Shown: in pieces, positions 61,518 through 64,000 of the stretch
How positions within the stretch are numbered: the first letter of the stretch is position 1
Layout: every line of letters begins with the position of its first letter
NCBI GenBank assembly: GCA_902627635.1
Contig: CACOKA010000001.1
Coordinates: forward strand, 34,778 to 98,777
Source of the DNA: an uncultured Candidatus Actinomarina sp.
Lineage (GTDB): Bacteria; Actinomycetota; Acidimicrobiia; Actinomarinales; Actinomarinaceae
Length of the DNA stretch: 64,000 bases
Direction: 5' to 3'
Program-made: the position numbers and the translations under genes
The notes under the pieces: model-generated
Databases searched by the model: none
Told to the model about the DNA's origin: nothing
The model's input: the letters and a program-made list of their open reading frames with translations, nothing else

Positions 61518-61742
61518 TTGGTAGAAAAAGAAAAGAACATAATTAAAGTACAGGGGACTGTAACTGAAACTCTTCCAAACGCCTCATTTAAGGTGAAACT
61601 TGAGAGTGGAGCAGAAATCTTAGCACATGTATCAGGAAAAATGAGGATGAAGTATATTCGAATTCTACCTGGTGATGTAGTAGAGATGGAAGTATCACCA
61701 TATGATCCTACAAGAGGTAGGATTACTTGGAGACATAAATGA
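61518..61742 (+). CDS. infA: Translation initiation factor IF-1
   Basis: [21 protein letters not shown]. Confidence 0.98.
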   Translation: MVEKEKNIIKVQGTVTETLPNASFKVKLESGAEILAHVSGKMRMKYIRILPGDVVEMEVSPYDPTRGRITWRHK

Positions 61743-61855
61743 AAGTAAAAGCGAGTATAAAAAAAAGAGGTCCTAATGATCAAATAGTTCGTCGTAAAGG
61801 CAAGCTATATGTTATCAATAAAAGGAACCCAAGACATAAGCAAAGGCAAGGTTAA
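61739..61855 (+). CDS. rpmJ: 50S ribosomal protein L36 (Cys-free type), missing from the ORF track
   Basis: Hand-translated [38 protein letters not shown]. Confidence 0.96.
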   Translation: MKVKASIKKRGPNDQIVRRKGKLYVINKRNPRHKQRQG

Positions 61856-61857
61856 GT

Positions 61858-62235
61858 TTGGCTAGAATTTCAGGTATTGATATACCAAGAGAAAAAAGAG
61901 TTATAGCTTCACTCAGGTACATACACGGTATTGGCGCAAAACGAGCAGAAGACATTTGTAATGATCTCGAAATAAATCCTGACACAAGAGTGAATAATCT
62001 TACAAATGATGAGATTGCAAAAATAAGAAAATATATAGAATCAAATTTTAGAGTTGAAGGGGATTTGAGAAGAGATGTTTCACAAAACATAAGAAGAAAA
62101 ACTGAAATTGGAACTTATCAAGGTATTAGACATAGAACGGGATTACCTGTAAGAGGTCAAAGAACTCACACTAATGCAAGAACAAGAAAAGGTCCAAGAT
62201 TTGCTATTGCAGGTAAGAAGAAAGTTATGAAATAG
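61858..62235 (+). CDS. rpsM: 30S ribosomal protein S13
   Basis: [18 protein letters not shown]. Confidence 0.98.
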   Translation: MARISGIDIPREKRVIASLRYIHGIGAKRAEDICNDLEINPDTRVNNLTNDEIAKIRKYIESNFRVEGDLRRDVSQNIRRKTEIGTYQGIRHRTGLPVRGQRTHTNARTRKGPRFAIAGKKKVMK

Positions 62236-62618
62236 TGGCTGAACAAAAATCAAAGAAAAAAAATAAAAAAAATATTCCTTCAGGCGTAGCGCATATAAAA
62301 GCAAGTTTTAACAACACTATAATAAATATTTCTGATACAAACGGTGAAACAGTTGTATGGACATCTGGCGGTTCTGTTGGATTTAAGGGTTCTAGAAAAT
62401 CAACTCCATATGCTGCCCAAGTTGCAGCAGAAGAGGCTGTTAGACGAGCAACAGAATTTGGTATACACAAATTGGATATAATCATTAGTGGTACAGGTGC
62501 AGGTAGAGAAACAGCAGTAAGAACTCTTCAAAATATGGGAATGGACGTAGGAACTATCAAAGACATAACACCAACCCCACACAATGGATGTCGTCCTAAA
62601 AAGAGGAGAAGAAACTAA
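62235..62618 (+). CDS. rpsK: 30S ribosomal protein S11
   Basis: [22 protein letters not shown]. Confidence 0.98.
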   Translation: MAEQKSKKKNKKNIPSGVAHIKASFNNTIINISDTNGETVVWTSGGSVGFKGSRKSTPYAAQVAAEEAVRRATEFGIHKLDIIISGTGAGRETAVRTLQNMGMDVGTIKDITPTPHNGCRPKKRRRN

Positions 62619-63232
62619 TGGCTAGATATACAGGTCCTAGAGTAAGAGTTTCTAGAAGAATTGGATTTAACGTTTTTGAGAATAGAAAAGGTGACAAAGC
62701 ACTTCAAGATAGACCATATCCACCAGGTGAAAATGGTAAAAAACGTATGCGTGAAACAGATTACGGAACTCAGTTAAAGGAAAAACAAAAAGTCAGATAT
62801 ATGTACGGTGTAATGGAAAAACAGTTCAGAAATTATTATAAAGAAGCTACTCGAATGCCAGGAATTACCGGTGAAAACTTGTTGGTTCTTTTAGAATCTA
62901 GAATCGATAATGTTATCTATAGAGCTGGATTTGCATCTACTAGACCACAAGCTAGACAACTAGTTTCTCATAGGCATTTTAAATTGAATGGGAACCTTGT
63001 AGATATTCCATCTATACAGGTCAAGCCAGGAGATAAAATTGAGCTAAAAGATCAAAGCAATGATTTAATAATTGTTCAACATACCATTGATACTGGACAA
63101 GACAGAGAACCTGCATCATGGCTAAAAGTTGATGAAAAGAAGAAAAATATTGAAGTTTTAAACCAACCTACAAGAAATGACGCAAGTCAACAAATTGAAG
63201 AACAATTAATAGTAGAACTTTATTCGAAATAG
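62618..63232 (+). CDS. rpsD: 30S ribosomal protein S4
   Basis: MARYTGP, LKEKQK, LESRIDN, LIVELYSK. Confidence 0.98.
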   Translation: MARYTGPRVRVSRRIGFNVFENRKGDKALQDRPYPPGENGKKRMRETDYGTQLKEKQKVRYMYGVMEKQFRNYYKEATRMPGITGENLLVLLESRIDNVIYRAGFASTRPQARQLVSHRHFKLNGNLVDIPSIQVKPGDKIELKDQSNDLIIVQHTIDTGQDREPASWLKVDEKKKNIEVLNQPTRNDASQQIEEQLIVELYSK

Positions 63233-63253
63233 AATATAGGAGAGGAGCAAAAA

Positions 63254-64000
63254 GTGTTAATTTTACAAAGACCTGAAATATCACAAGAGGATCTTGGAAA
63301 GTCAAGAGCAAATTTTGTTATTGAACCACTCGAACCAGGTTTTGGTTTAACCCTAGGTAATACTATGAGAAGGGCTTTATTATCAAGAGTCCCAGGTGTT
63401 GCTGTAACTGGAGTAAAAATTGATGGAGTGAACCATGAATTTACATCTGTTCCAGGTGTTGTTGAAGATGTCCTTGATATCTTACTGAACCTAAAAAGAT
63501 TAGTCTTGAAGGTAGACGATCAAGAAAGCCATACATTGACAGTAAAAGCTAAAGGCCCAGGAGAGGTGAAAGCTGCACAAATTCAATGTCCAGCTGGTGT
63601 TGAAGTTGTAAACACAGATCTAAAAATTTGTACCCTTTCAAACGATTCAACATTAGATATGGAAGTTTCTATAGCTCATGGAGTTGGGTATCGCTTAGCT
63701 GATAAAAATAAAACAAGTGATTCAAGTTTTATTCCAATAGATTCTATATTTTCACCAGTTGTAAAAGTAAGCTACGCTGTATCACCAACCCAAGTTGGTC
63801 AAGTTACCAACTATGATAAATTGAGCTTAGATGTTGAAACTGATGGCTCAATTGAACCTAGTGAAGCAATTTCTTCCGTCGGTAAAACTTTAGGTGAATT
63901 GTGGAAACTGTTTGCAGATATTGATGAAGGGGTTGGACTTGAATTAGGTGAACTTACCATTTCAGAGGGAAGCTCACCAGACTTGTCATTGTCAGTAGAT
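63254..64000 (+). CDS. rpoA: RNA polymerase alpha subunit (3'-truncated by window edge)
   Basis: GTG start after GAGGAG; MLILQRPEI...IEPLEPGFGLTLGNTMRRALLS. Confidence 0.97.
   Translation, partial: MLILQRPEISQEDLGKSRANFVIEPLEPGFGLTLGNTMRRALLSRVPGVAVTGVKIDGVNHEFTSVPGVVEDVLDILLNLKRLVLKVDDQESHTLTVKAKGPGEVKAAQIQCPAGVEVVNTDLKICTLSNDSTLDMEVSIAHGVGYRLADKNKTSDSSFIPIDSIFSPVVKVSYAVSPTQVGQVTNYDKLSLDVETDGSIEPSEAISSVGKTLGELWKLFADIDEGVGLELGELTISEGSSPDLSLSVD

Noticed and set aside
1231..62582. Dozens of 60-135 aa ORFs antisense to or nested in nuo, ABC, rpo and ribosomal genes
   Set aside because: They are shadow frames of well-supported genes, with no recognisable motifs.
60158..63232. Short-LID Adk and Cys-free S4 as more zinc-loss evidence
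   Set aside because: Both states are common in actinobacteria such as mycobacteria, so they are not informative.

Overview
This is an AT-rich, very densely packed bacterial chromosome segment. Actinobacterial-type RpoA/RpoB/RpoC, EF-Tu and IdeR-like proteins plus a heliorhodopsin point to a streamlined low-GC marine actinobacterium such as Ca. Actinomarinales (Acidimicrobiia); this is an inference. In order, the window holds: (1) the distal half of a first complex I operon (nuoH-N) followed by an unannotated 46-aa membrane peptide; (2) an ABC-2 exporter, an SRPBCC protein and tdk; (3) an iron/heme locus with ybaN, a DtxR/IdeR-like regulator with altered metal ligands, two unannotated divergent Cys-Pro micro-ORFs, an Fe-S-type ferrochelatase and an Fe(III) ABC transporter, linked by a shared 18-bp palindrome; (4) a heliorhodopsin; (5) a second, 11-subunit complex I operon (nuoABCDHIJKLMN, no nuoEFG) directly followed by a MidA/NDUFAF7-family methyltransferase; (6) htpX, a rhodanese and a PfkB kinase; (7) a ~30-kb translation/transcription supercluster from tRNA-Tyr to rpoA, with an ECF sigma/anti-sigma pair inside it. 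The best leads are the candidate heme/iron-sensing module and a recurrent loss of structural zinc sites (L33, L36, S14, thymidine kinase, RNAP beta-prime site II). I saw no CRISPR array, rRNA or mobile element. All family calls are from motif recognition, not database searches.
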